Shown in pieces: positions 19,827-29,257 of a stretch of 64,000 nt of DNA (the first letter of the stretch is position 1; each line of letters starts with the position of its first letter). The stretch spans positions 106,288 to 170,287 of the forward strand of contig CAZOZL010000005.1 of assembly GCA_964584305.1 (NCBI GenBank), in the 5' to 3' direction. A model generated the notes under the pieces. It made no database searches, was not told the origin of the DNA, and worked only from the letters and a program-made list of their open reading frames with translations. The position numbers and the translations under genes were made by a program. The DNA comes from an uncultured Burkholderiales bacterium (GTDB lineage: Bacteria > Bacteroidota > Bacteroidia > UBA8524).

Positions 19827-19900
19827 GGATTCGTAGCTTAACTGGATAGAGCACCTGATTACGGATCAGGAGGTTGGGGGTTCGAATCCCTTCGAGTCCA
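19827..19900 (+). tRNA. tRNA-Arg (anticodon ACG)
   Basis: The cloverleaf was folded by hand. The acceptor stem is GGATTCG/CGAGTCC, the anticodon stem CCTGA/TCAGG has loop TTACGGA, and the T-arm reads GGTTCGAATCC. CCA is not encoded. Confidence 0.9.
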
Positions 19901-19910
19901 CTCAGAAACA

Positions 19911-19947
19911 AAAGCCTTTCAGCGTTTATACGTTGAAAGGCTTTTTT
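19911..19947 (+). terminator. Intrinsic terminator after tRNA-Arg
   Basis: AAAGCCTTTCAGCG-tttata-CGTTGAAAGGCTTTTTT. Confidence 0.75.
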
Positions 19948-20089
19948 CATTTGCACACAATTTGTCCAAAATTATTTAATACTATAAAAATAGGTGTTTC
20001 GGTACAAAAGGAAATAATGCTTGTTTTGGCGTGTGCTTTTTACAAAAATTTATGAACAAGAAAGCGAGTTGTAAATCACAACGGTATAT

Positions 20090-21520
20090 TTAGTAGGAAG
20101 AATGCACTGTTTGGTAGGGTTGGAAGTACATTTTGTTGGGTTGTATATCAAAATTAAAGCTGGCAGTATCAATACTATTGTTTTGTCCTTGTAGTGATAG
20201 TAGCACTTTTTGTTTGCCAACGGGTAGTGATATGCGGGTGTAGTATAAAGTATGCGGTAGTGAAGTCCATGCTCTTGTATCTGCTTGTTCTGTTAGGTAA
20301 TTCAATATGCCTAAAGCAGCTCCCAATTCTTCATTTTCTTTTTTAGTTTGGCTTTCAAGTAGTTTTTTAGTGGCAAGGCGAGCTAATGTTTTTCCAAACT
20401 CCATTAACATTCTATCGTTCAGTGTTTTTTTGGCGGTAGCATTCAAGTCTTCAAGCACTTCAAATTGGTATTGCTGTCCGTTTGCACTCAGGGTGGCATT
20501 TTTATAAAAAGGGGTACGCTCTACATAAGTAGGAAAAGCGGCTCTGATAAACTCTATATCGCTTATATTTCCCTTTGCATTGCTATTATTACCTATATAA
20601 ATAGGAATAGAGTAGCCATAGCCAGCATTGCTAAAGGTGTACCAGCCATTTTGCGCTCCTTTTACTATTATAAAATCAGCTGAAATTTGATCTTTTATGG
20701 GGGCTAAACCATTGCCCCAAAAAAAGATAAGATTACCTCCTTGGGCATCAGTAGCGGGATTAAAAGGGAGATTAAACTTTTTGCTATAAAATCTTACTTC
20801 ATTAGGAAAACCAGCAATATATGCCGTGCGCAGCAAATCTTTTTTAAGTTGGAGGGGAGGATTTAAACCAAAAAACTGACTGTACTCATTTTCGTAAAAT
20901 TTATATGCATTACGATACGATATAAAAGCCGAGTTATAATTTTTATTAAGCTCGTACACCAACCCTAAAAGGGTGTGGGCAAAGGCATTGTGTTGCAATT
21001 TTGTACTTTTGTTTTTGCCTTTCCAGTCTTTGTACTTATCATCTACCCTGTTTAGTTGGTTTACTAAACGGCGGGCTTGAATATTGGCTTTTTCCAAATC
21101 GTTCATCTGGATAAAGTTTAGTATTTGGTAATAGCTAATCATTATCCTCTCAAAATCTTCGCCTGCGTATTCTTTTACTCTTGGGTTAATAAGGTATGAG
21201 AGTGCTTCACGGCTATAATTTACGCTTAAATCTTCCCAGTAGTAATCAGCTTTTAAAAGATACTTATAACTTTCTTTGTTCTTGCCCAGCATCCAAGCTA
21301 TTGTGCCTCTGTTTAGATAGTATAATACACGGTCTTTTCCTTTATCCCATTTTTTTTCATTATGGCTAATTACCTTATAGGCTTCATTAATATTGCCGTT
21401 GTTAAGGTGCTGATTTAAGGCAGCAACATTGCGGGCATAGTAGGTACACGATGGGGAGAGCAATAGCAACACCATTGCCAATAGTATAGTTTTTGCCCTA
21501 TCCGTACGCTTAATTATCAT
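20090..21520 (-). CDS. COG3014-like TPR-containing lipoprotein
   Basis: Lipobox LLLLSPSC, 476 aa, helical repeat-like N-terminal half. Family assignment is from memory. Confidence 0.45.
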   Translation of the reverse strand: MIIKRTDRAKTILLAMVLLLLSPSCTYYARNVAALNQHLNNGNINEAYKVISHNEKKWDKGKDRVLYYLNRGTIAWMLGKNKESYKYLLKADYYWEDLSVNYSREALSYLINPRVKEYAGEDFERIMISYYQILNFIQMNDLEKANIQARRLVNQLNRVDDKYKDWKGKNKSTKLQHNAFAHTLLGLVYELNKNYNSAFISYRNAYKFYENEYSQFFGLNPPLQLKKDLLRTAYIAGFPNEVRFYSKKFNLPFNPATDAQGGNLIFFWGNGLAPIKDQISADFIIVKGAQNGWYTFSNAGYGYSIPIYIGNNSNAKGNISDIEFIRAAFPTYVERTPFYKNATLSANGQQYQFEVLEDLNATAKKTLNDRMLMEFGKTLARLATKKLLESQTKKENEELGAALGILNYLTEQADTRAWTSLPHTLYYTRISLPVGKQKVLLSLQGQNNSIDTASFNFDIQPNKMYFQPYQTVHSSY

Positions 21521-21575
21521 AAGGTTAAAAAAAATGGGTATAAAAAAGAGGTAAGTTTAGAAGTAGAAAACCTAC

Positions 21576-22166
21576 TTAGTTACGGATGTGTTTTTTGATT
21601 TCTTTATCACCAATCCATACTTTAATATTACTTTCTAAATCAATTAACTCTAAGTTAATTTTGTAGGTAACCACACGATCGCGTTTGTACTCATCAATAT
21701 TGCTATGAATAACGCCGTTTAGTATAAAATCAGCTCCTTTTTCTTTCCCCCAACGCTTGCGACTTTCCACTGTGGCAAAGGTTTGTTGGTCTTCACGCTC
21801 GGCACGCAAATCATCACGCCCTTCCTTTGCTTGTACTACGGTAACGGTATTGGTATTAATAAAATTTTTCTCAATATCTTTTATAAAAGTTTCGGGTTGT
21901 ATATCAGGCTCAGTAGTGTTGTTGCGTATTCGCCCAACAATAACAACGGGTTTGCGCCCCATTTTTTCTTTAAATTCTTTAAGCCAAGGACGCTCTAATA
22001 CATCGGTTATCATTTCTTCGGCAACCATTTTACTATCAGTATCATTCCAGCGTCCGCTAATATCTGTTTGCTGGTTGGCATCAATACGGGTTACTTTACG
22101 TTGCTGGCAAGCACTAGTAATTAACATTAGTGCTATGGCTGGGGCTACAATAAGTGCTTTTTTCAT
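21576..22166 (-). CDS. LpoB-like (COG3417) lipoprotein
   Basis: Start moved to the ATG at 22166 (MKKALIVAPAIALMLITSAC lipobox). ISGRWNDTDSKMVAEEMI..VVIVGRIRNNT..GADFILNG pattern. Confidence 0.6.
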   Translation of the reverse strand: MKKALIVAPAIALMLITSACQQRKVTRIDANQQTDISGRWNDTDSKMVAEEMITDVLERPWLKEFKEKMGRKPVVIVGRIRNNTTEPDIQPETFIKDIEKNFINTNTVTVVQAKEGRDDLRAEREDQQTFATVESRKRWGKEKGADFILNGVIHSNIDEYKRDRVVTYKINLELIDLESNIKVWIGDKEIKKHIRN

Positions 22167-22271
22167 AGTAGGTGTAATTCGTTTTATTATAAAGGTATTT
22201 TCAATTTCCGTTCCAAAGTTAAGAGTAAAGCTGATACGGTAATAATAATTTAGCAAATTATATAACTAATA

Positions 22272-22607
22272 TTACTCATCATCATCATCAATCCATAAAT
22301 TAGTTAGCACGTTTTGTAACTCGGCAAGGGCGTGTTGTTCTTTGTTTTTCATGGTAATGGCAATTCCTTTTTTATAAATAGTTTCGGCATCGTTTTTTCT
22401 ATTGGCACGCTCATATAGTTTGCCTAGGTGGTAGTACGTTGCAGTATATTCAGGCTGTGTATCCATCAGTTTCTCAAATATGGGTTGTGCAATAGCGTCC
22501 TTTTCCATGCCCACATATTCAATAGCTAAAGCATAATTTAAAAAGGCATCATTTGGCGTATCTTTCAAAAAATCTTGCAGTTGCGTTATTCTATTATTTT
22601 CAGTCAT
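22272..22607 (-). CDS. Small TPR-repeat protein
   Basis: 111 aa with a TPR-like AxxYxxLGxxYxxxxxxxxAxxxY pattern and an acidic tail DDDDE. Confidence 0.55.
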   Translation of the reverse strand: MTENNRITQLQDFLKDTPNDAFLNYALAIEYVGMEKDAIAQPIFEKLMDTQPEYTATYYHLGKLYERANRKNDAETIYKKGIAITMKNKEQHALAELQNVLTNLWIDDDDE

Positions 22608-22685
22608 TTTTTTTTCACTTTTTTCAGTACCTTTGCAGTCCTTAAAAATAAGGTTTCTAAACCAAACATTTATACCCGATTTTGA

Positions 22686-23423
22686 ATGAAGATTTTAGTT
22701 TGTATTAGTGTAGTTCCCGATACCACTACAAAAATCACTTTCACCGATAACAATACCAAATTTAATACTGCAGGTGTTCAGTTTATTATAAACCCGTACG
22801 ATGAGTTGGCACTTACTCGTGCACTTGAACTTACCGAAGCCAATGGCGGCACAGTAACCGCTATTACAGTGGGTTTGCCTGATGCTGATGCGAATATTCG
22901 TAAAGCATTAGCCATTGGCGCACACGATGCTGTGCGTATTAATGCTGCCCCACAAAATGCTTTTTTTGTAGCTGCTGAAATCGCAGAATATGCAAAAGAC
23001 AAAGGTTTTGATATGATACTAACAGGACGTGAAAGTATAGACTATAATGGTGGTTTGGTATGTGGCTTATTAGGCGAAATGCTTAACATACCCAGTATAA
23101 ATGTAGTTACCAAAATAGATATAGCCGATAATGAAGCCACACTAATACGAGATATTGATGGCGGTAAAGAAACAGTAAAAGTAGGTTTACCCATTGTAGC
23201 AAGCGCACAAAAAGACCTTACAGAACCCCGCATACCCAATATGCGTGGTATAATGGCAGCACGCATAAAGCCGTTGGCAGTTGTTGAGGCTTTGGCAAAT
23301 AAAGAAACGGCAAACTATAAATCGTATGAGTTGCCCGCAGCAAAAGCTGGAGTGAAATTAGTTTCAGCAGATAATCCAGCAGAATTGATTGATTTGTTGC
23401 ATAACGAAGCTAAGGTGATATAA
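22686..23423 (+). CDS. etfB: Electron transfer flavoprotein subunit beta
   Basis: MKILVCISVVPDTTTKI..INPYDELALTRALEL is a classical EtfB N-terminus. It is followed by etfA. Confidence 0.9.
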   Translation: MKILVCISVVPDTTTKITFTDNNTKFNTAGVQFIINPYDELALTRALELTEANGGTVTAITVGLPDADANIRKALAIGAHDAVRINAAPQNAFFVAAEIAEYAKDKGFDMILTGRESIDYNGGLVCGLLGEMLNIPSINVVTKIDIADNEATLIRDIDGGKETVKVGLPIVASAQKDLTEPRIPNMRGIMAARIKPLAVVEALANKETANYKSYELPAAKAGVKLVSADNPAELIDLLHNEAKVI

Positions 23424-23469
23424 TTTTTTGATAAGAAGTTTAAAATAACAATATAACAAACACAATAAT

Positions 23470-24438
23470 ATGGCAGTAGTTGTATTTGCAGAGAGCAGTG
23501 AAGGGAAATTTAAAAAATCTACTTATGAAACAGTTTCATACGCAAAAGAAACAGCCACCCTTTTGGGTACAAAAGTAATAGCAGTATCAATAGGTAGCGT
23601 GCCTGATGCTGATATGATAGCCTTAGGAGACCACGGTGCTGAAACTGTGTATTCGGTTAATTTAGACAAATTTAGCCCCGAAGCATACGCAACAGTATTG
23701 GCTACTGTGGCTAAGAAAGAAACGGTTAAGGCAGTTATTATTTCTAATAGTTATACAGGCAAGTCTATTGCACCATGTGTAGCTGTTAAATTAGAGGCTT
23801 CAATAGCATCAGGAGTGGTAACATTGCCCAATACTTCAAGCGGGTTTATCGTTCGCCAAAGTGTTTTTTCTGGCAAAGCCTTTGCCGATGTTGATTTAAC
23901 TGCTAATATAAAAGTAGTAGCAATTACCCCCAACTCATACCAAATAAATAACTATGGTGGCGAAGCAACTATAATAAACCACGATGTTGTTTTGGAGAAT
24001 GATGTTTGGAAAACACAAATAGTGGAAACCAACCGTGTAACAGGTAAAATACCTTTAACCGAAGCCGAACTTGTAGTATCAGGAGGGCGAGGACTGAAAG
24101 GTGCTGAAAACTGGGGAATGATTGAAGAACTTGCAACTATTTTAGGCGCGGCAACAGCTTGCTCTAAACCTGTGAGCGATATGGATTGGAGACCACACGA
24201 TGAACACGTTGGACAAACAGGCATAACTATTAAACCAAATTTGTATATTGCTATTGGTATTTCGGGGGCTATACAGCATTTAGCTGGTGTAAGCTCAAGC
24301 AAAGTGATAGTAGCTATTAACAAAGACCCCGAAGCTCCTTTTTTTAAAGTAGCAGACTATGGTATAGTAGGTGATGCCTTTGAAATAGTGCCGAAATTGA
24401 TTGAAGCAGCAAAAAAACTTAAATCAGCCTCGGCGTAA
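23470..24438 (+). CDS. etfA: Electron transfer flavoprotein subunit alpha
   Basis: VSGGRGLKGAENW..VGQTGITIKPNLYIAIGISGAIQHLAG is the FAD-binding signature. Confidence 0.9.
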   Translation: MAVVVFAESSEGKFKKSTYETVSYAKETATLLGTKVIAVSIGSVPDADMIALGDHGAETVYSVNLDKFSPEAYATVLATVAKKETVKAVIISNSYTGKSIAPCVAVKLEASIASGVVTLPNTSSGFIVRQSVFSGKAFADVDLTANIKVVAITPNSYQINNYGGEATIINHDVVLENDVWKTQIVETNRVTGKIPLTEAELVVSGGRGLKGAENWGMIEELATILGAATACSKPVSDMDWRPHDEHVGQTGITIKPNLYIAIGISGAIQHLAGVSSSKVIVAINKDPEAPFFKVADYGIVGDAFEIVPKLIEAAKKLKSASA

Positions 24439-24450
24439 TAGTTAAGCATT

Positions 24451-25056
24451 TTGACTCAAAAAATTCAATTAGAAATAGTAGGGCTAACCTCCGGTCAAGC
24501 CCAAGGCTCTTACACCTTAATATTGGGTGAAGAAGGTGGAGACAGGAAGCTACCTATTATTATTGGAAGTTTTGAGGCACAAGCCATTGCTATTGAAATA
24601 GAAAAAATTGTACCCTTTCGCCCAATGACACATGATTTATTCGTGTCCTTCAGTAAAACCTTTGATATTAAGGTAAAAGAAATAATAATTTATAAACTTA
24701 TTGAGGGTGTTTTTTACTCTAAGCTGGTGTGTAAAAAGGAGGATAAACTGTATGAAATAGATGCCCGCACCAGTGATGCAATGGCATTGGCAGTTCGTTT
24801 TAATTGCCCTGTTTATACTTTTGAAGATGTAATGAAAGCCGCAAGTATAACGCTTGATAATGACGATATAGATGAACCCTCGCAGCCTCAAGCACCGTCA
24901 AAAGATGAACCGATACTAAGAGGTGCACCCAAGCAAAATACTTTTGAAAAATTCTCACTCAGTGAGTTGGAAGAAATGCTTGATGAGGCTGAAAAAGTAG
25001 AAGACTACGAGAAAGCAGCCAATATTCGTGACGAAATTCGTAAACGCAACAAATAA
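24451..25056 (+). CDS. Bifunctional nuclease family protein (DUF151) with C-terminal UVR motif
   Basis: TTG start. LPIIIGSFEAQAIAIEIEK..RPMTHDL, with C-terminal EDYEKAANIRDEIRKR. Confidence 0.7.
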   Translation: MTQKIQLEIVGLTSGQAQGSYTLILGEEGGDRKLPIIIGSFEAQAIAIEIEKIVPFRPMTHDLFVSFSKTFDIKVKEIIIYKLIEGVFYSKLVCKKEDKLYEIDARTSDAMALAVRFNCPVYTFEDVMKAASITLDNDDIDEPSQPQAPSKDEPILRGAPKQNTFEKFSLSELEEMLDEAEKVEDYEKAANIRDEIRKRNK

Positions 25057-25071
25057 TAAACTAAATTTTTT

Positions 25072-26364
25072 ATGACGGATATATCCATTACCAGTATCGC
25101 ACGTGGCTTATTGGGAATGGTTTTTCTTATTGGGGTAGCATGGGTATTTAGCACCAATAGAAAAAAAATAAACTGGCGATTAGTATTTATTGGTTTAACG
25201 CTGCAACTGCTATTAGCAATAGGTTTTTTAAATGTACCTGCGGTAACTTCTTTTTTTGAAGGCGTGGGCAGCATTTTTGTACGGATATTAGGGTTTACAG
25301 AGCAAGGTTCTGTTTTTCTTTTTGGTGATAACTTGGGCAAAGGTTCAGGTAGTATGGGGTTTATGTTTGCCTTTCATGTATTACCTACTATAATATTTTT
25401 TTCTGCACTCACCTCATTACTATATTATTTTGGCATACTGCAACGCATAGTATATAGCATTGCTTGGGTGATGAAAAAAACCATGAAACTATCAGGTGCT
25501 GAAAGTTTAGCCGCTGCCGCCAATGTGTTTATTGGGCAAACCGAAGCCCCATTAGTAGTAAAACCTTTTTTGGGTTTAATGACTAAATCAGAGATAATGA
25601 GTTTGATGACGGGAGGCATGGCAACCATAGCAGGCGGCGTATTAATATCATATATTGGTTTTTTAGGGGGAGGGAAGGAGTTTGCTGCCCATTTACTAAT
25701 AGCCTCATTAATGTCAGCACCAGCAGCCATTGTTGCTGCAAAAATTTTAGTACCAGAAACAGAAAACTTTAACAAAGAAATGAAGTTTTCTAAAATAGAT
25801 GCAGGAAATAATGCATTGGACGCTGTGGCAAAAGGCACTACTGATGGGCTAAAACTGGCTATAAATGTAGGGGCAATGCTATTGGTGTTTACCGCACTTA
25901 TGGCAATGCTAAACTATATAATGGAGGATGGAGTAGGAGCTTTGCTTGGGGTGAATGACAATATAAAAAGTAGTACTGGAGGAAAGTATAACGGACTTTC
26001 AATGCAGTATATAATGGGCTATATATTCTCGCCCGTTGCGTGGCTTATTGGGGTAAGCCCTGATGATTCTTTATTGGTAGGGCAAATGCTGGGCGAAAAA
26101 ACTATTTTAAACGAGTACTATGCCTACGCCACATTAGGAAAACTAAAAGCAGCAAATGCCTTTAGCGACCCAAAATCTATAATTATTGCTACCTATGCTT
26201 TATGTGGGTTTTCTAATTTCGCATCCATAGGAATACAAATTGGTGGAATTGGGGCATTAGCCCCTTCAAAACGGGTTTTACTCTCACAATTGGGTTTAAG
26301 GGCTTTGCTGGGCGGTACAATTGCGTGTTTATTAACAGCCACCGTTATAGGGATGTTCTATTAG
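25072..26364 (+). CDS. NupC/NupG-family concentrative nucleoside transporter
   Basis: Multi-TM protein with NVFIGQTEAPLVVKPFL and MTGGMATIAGGVL motifs. Confidence 0.8.
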   Translation: MTDISITSIARGLLGMVFLIGVAWVFSTNRKKINWRLVFIGLTLQLLLAIGFLNVPAVTSFFEGVGSIFVRILGFTEQGSVFLFGDNLGKGSGSMGFMFAFHVLPTIIFFSALTSLLYYFGILQRIVYSIAWVMKKTMKLSGAESLAAAANVFIGQTEAPLVVKPFLGLMTKSEIMSLMTGGMATIAGGVLISYIGFLGGGKEFAAHLLIASLMSAPAAIVAAKILVPETENFNKEMKFSKIDAGNNALDAVAKGTTDGLKLAINVGAMLLVFTALMAMLNYIMEDGVGALLGVNDNIKSSTGGKYNGLSMQYIMGYIFSPVAWLIGVSPDDSLLVGQMLGEKTILNEYYAYATLGKLKAANAFSDPKSIIIATYALCGFSNFASIGIQIGGIGALAPSKRVLLSQLGLRALLGGTIACLLTATVIGMFY

Positions 26365-26598
26365 GCTACAATCATAGAAAACAAAGGCATTAAGCTGAAA
26401 ACAGTGGTGCCTGAAAAATTGAGTAAAACAACTTTTTTTCATGTCTTTTTTAAAAATTAATTGCACAATTCAATTTTTTTTCCTTAGATTTACATTAGTA
26501 AAACAAGAAAGTTCATAATTTTTATTGCCTATAGATAGAGACCTCTACTTTTTATTTAAGCCTGTATAAGGCGAAAGTATTTTCCAAATTGTTCTAAT

Positions 26599-26606
26599 AA
26601 AGGAGG
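26599..26606 (+). promoter_or_regulatory. Strong Shine-Dalgarno sequence (AAAGGAGG), 6-nt spacer to ATG
   Basis: Read directly as TAAAGGAGGTTTTTTATG. Other genes checked in this window lack comparable SD sequences. Confidence 0.5.
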
Positions 26607-26612
26607 TTTTTT

Positions 26613-27194
26613 ATGAGTTTTAATCAGATTAGTGATCAGGAGTTAGTACACCATTATATTGATGGTAATGAAGCGTGCCTCGAAATGCTTATCAAGCGGC
26701 ACAAACGCAAAATTTTCACTACCATTTATCTTATCGTTAACGATCGTTACATAGCCGAAGATTTATTTCAAGAAACATTTATCAAAGTAATTCATATGCT
26801 TAAAAAGAATAAGTATAATGAAGAAGGTAAATTTTTGCCTTGGATAATTAGGATAGCACGCAATATGGCTATTGATTATTTTAGGAAAAGTAAACGTAAC
26901 CCCACCATTACCGATGGTGATGGGGATGATATATTTAGGTTTATAGAAATAGCCGAGGAAAACAAAGAACAACAACTTATAAGACAACAAACTGAAAAAC
27001 AGTTGCGTTACTTAATAAATCTTTTGCCTGATGAGCAAAAGCAAGTATTAATATTGCGCCACTATGGCGATTTAAGTTTTAAAGAAATAGCAGACCTTAC
27101 CAAAGTAAGCATAAACACAGCATTAGGACGTATGCGCTATGCCTTAAACAACCTACGTAAAATGATGGTTGAAAAAGAAATTAGCTTGCAATAA
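26613..27194 (+). CDS. ECF-type RNA polymerase sigma-70 family factor
   Basis: Region 2 reads DLFQETFIKV..WIIRIARNMAIDYFRK. Region 4 reads QKQVLILRHYGDLSFKEIADLTKVSINTALGRMRYAL. Confidence 0.85.
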   Translation: MSFNQISDQELVHHYIDGNEACLEMLIKRHKRKIFTTIYLIVNDRYIAEDLFQETFIKVIHMLKKNKYNEEGKFLPWIIRIARNMAIDYFRKSKRNPTITDGDGDDIFRFIEIAEENKEQQLIRQQTEKQLRYLINLLPDEQKQVLILRHYGDLSFKEIADLTKVSINTALGRMRYALNNLRKMMVEKEISLQ

Positions 27195-27238
27195 AATAAA
27201 AAGTAGTGTAAATTCGTTAGGGTATGTAAAAAGGTAAA

Positions 27239-27490
27239 ATGCCTATGAACTCTAACTATACTAATGATGATTTAATCCGTTTCATATATAATGAGATGGA
27301 GCCTGAGCGGGCTATTGTGCTACAACGCAATATGCGGCAAAATGCCGAGCTGCGTAAAGAAGTACAACAGCTTAGAGAAACGCAGGCGAAACTAAACACA
27401 GCAGCGTGCCAGCCTAATGACACCACCATTCACATGGTTATGGACTACTCTGCCAGTTACCACTCCGCACCAGAGCATCATACAGAATAA
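27239..27490 (+). CDS. Small hypothetical protein downstream of sigma factor (possible partner/anti-sigma)
   Basis: 83 aa, 44 nt after the sigma gene on the same strand. No TM segment is visible. The function is inferred from position only. Confidence 0.4.
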   Translation: MPMNSNYTNDDLIRFIYNEMEPERAIVLQRNMRQNAELRKEVQQLRETQAKLNTAACQPNDTTIHMVMDYSASYHSAPEHHTE

Positions 27491-27620
27491 TTGTTTTCTG
27501 AAACGATGAAGGAAATTTTTATTTTCTGATGTTAATTTATTTAAGGGTAGTAAGTAAATTAACCATTAGGAGAGGTATGCAAGAAATTTAAGTGCTATTT
27601 TAGTAAGTAAAAATAGTTGT

Positions 27621-27647
27621 GCCTGCTTTGTTAAAAGCAGGCTTTTT
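27621..27647 (+). terminator. Intrinsic terminator
   Basis: GCCTGCTTT-gtta-AAAGCAGGC followed by TTTTT. Confidence 0.7.
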
Positions 27648-27673
27648 GTTGTTATAAATTGTATTATTAACAC

Positions 27674-28333
27674 GTGCAAAAGAAAGAACGATATGAACGC
27701 TTTGTTGAGTATCAACTCACCCACCACCCTGATGTTGAAACAGAGCTAAATTACAGCAGTCCATTTCAACTGCTGATAGCCGTTAGTTTATCTGCCCAGT
27801 GTACTGATAAACGAGTGAATATTGTTACCCCTGCTATATTCAAGGATTTTCCCACCCCCGCAACACTCGCAGCAACCAGCTTTGATGAGTTGTTTCCCTA
27901 TATAAAATCAATTAGCTATCCAAACAATAAAACTAAACACCTTATAGGTATGGCAAAAGTGCTGTTAAACGAATTTAACAATATAGTACCTGCTGATATA
28001 AATGAATTACAAACAATGCCCGGCGTGGGGCGAAAAACAGCCAATGTGATAGCCAGCGTTATATACAACCTACCCACTATGGCTGTGGATACCCATGTGT
28101 TTAGGGTGGCAAACCGCATGGGACTTACTACCAATGCCAAAACACCACTTGAGAGTGAGAAGCAATTGGTAAAACATATTCCTACTGATTTAATATCAAC
28201 GGCGCACCACTGGCTTATTTTGCATGGGCGTTATGTATGCCTTGCCCGTAAACCCAAGTGTGAAATTTGTGAGATGAAAGATTTTTGCAAATATTATGAG
28301 AAAACATATTTAAAAATACCCCCGTCTAAGTAG
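27674..28333 (+). CDS. nth: Endonuclease III
   Basis: GTG start. The HhH-GPD region reads LQTMPGVGRKTANVI..VDTHV. The C-terminal 4Fe-4S cluster is CLARKPKCEICEMKDFC. Confidence 0.9.
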   Translation: MQKKERYERFVEYQLTHHPDVETELNYSSPFQLLIAVSLSAQCTDKRVNIVTPAIFKDFPTPATLAATSFDELFPYIKSISYPNNKTKHLIGMAKVLLNEFNNIVPADINELQTMPGVGRKTANVIASVIYNLPTMAVDTHVFRVANRMGLTTNAKTPLESEKQLVKHIPTDLISTAHHWLILHGRYVCLARKPKCEICEMKDFCKYYEKTYLKIPPSK

Positions 28334-28337
28334 GGAT

Positions 28338-29252
28338 ATGAAAGAAAAGCTTACCGTATTAATAGTGCTATTTTGTGTCTCATTTTATTATATAAAAGCA
28401 CAAGGGTGCAGTGATGCAGGTATTTGCACGGCAGGGGCATTACACTCCGAAGCGGGTGGGCAAACTTATAAAAGCAGTGTGCAGCTATATGCTATTTATG
28501 CAATAGGAGATGGAGGAACTTCTATATTTACCCCTCAAGTAGATATAAACATTAAGGTAGCCAAACAAGGAGGCATACAGCTAAGACTACCCTATACTTT
28601 TACTTCGGGAAACTTAGGCAGTACCAATGGATTAGGCGATATTATGATAGCCTATACCAATAGGTTGTATGCAAAAGATAGTTTTGCACTTTATGGAACA
28701 ATAGGAGGGAGGTTTGCAACAAATACGGCAAACCTATCTAATGATACAGGCAGAGCATTGCCCATGCCTTACCAAACCAGTTTAGGAACTAATGATTTAC
28801 TTTTAGGACTATCAGCAAGGTATAAAAAATGGAATTTTGTTGTTGGTTTTCAGCAACCATTAAGCCAGAATAATGAAAATGGTTTTATACCCGAGCAGCT
28901 TAGTAGTAATGATAGCAATTATTTTATATCCAACCAGCTAAGGCGCAAGGCAGATATAGCTTTAAGGGTAGAGAGGAGATTTGCCTATAAAAAACTTAAA
29001 TGGGCAATAGGAGTGCTGCCCATTTACCATATAGCTAATGATGAAGTAGAAGCACCTTTAACAGAGCAAAGAGTGGAAGTAGAAAATAGCGCAGGTTTAA
29101 CTTTTAATTTTGTAATGAGCGGTAAATACACTTTGCGAAAAAACTTGTTGTTTAATGCCTCACTTGGTTTCCCTTTATTAGTAAGAGAAAACAGACCCGA
29201 TGGGCTTACGAGAGGGTTTGTGTTTTCGCCATCACTACAATGGATTTTTTAA
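28338..29252 (+). CDS. Hypothetical outer-membrane beta-barrel protein
   Basis: Signal peptide ending KAQG, then CSDAGICTAG. It shows alternating beta-strand patterns and a terminal ..LQWIF. The start is 4 nt after the nth stop. Confidence 0.45.
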   Translation: MKEKLTVLIVLFCVSFYYIKAQGCSDAGICTAGALHSEAGGQTYKSSVQLYAIYAIGDGGTSIFTPQVDINIKVAKQGGIQLRLPYTFTSGNLGSTNGLGDIMIAYTNRLYAKDSFALYGTIGGRFATNTANLSNDTGRALPMPYQTSLGTNDLLLGLSARYKKWNFVVGFQQPLSQNNENGFIPEQLSSNDSNYFISNQLRRKADIALRVERRFAYKKLKWAIGVLPIYHIANDEVEAPLTEQRVEVENSAGLTFNFVMSGKYTLRKNLLFNASLGFPLLVRENRPDGLTRGFVFSPSLQWIF

Positions 29253-29257
29253 AATTT

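Noticed and set aside
19827-20089. tRNA-Arg as an integration site for a genomic island
   Set aside because: There is no integrase and no direct repeat of the tRNA 3' end. The flanking genes (T9SS cargo, lipoproteins, etfBA) look like ordinary core content.
21757-22242. Long antisense ORFs opposite real genes: 21757..22242, 33571..34092, 50695..51246, 9111..9521, 13583..13951, 25425..25838 and 61169..61609
   Set aside because: Each is fully embedded in a gene with clear family motifs on the other strand. Their translations are low-complexity (S/L/I/P-rich) shadow frames.
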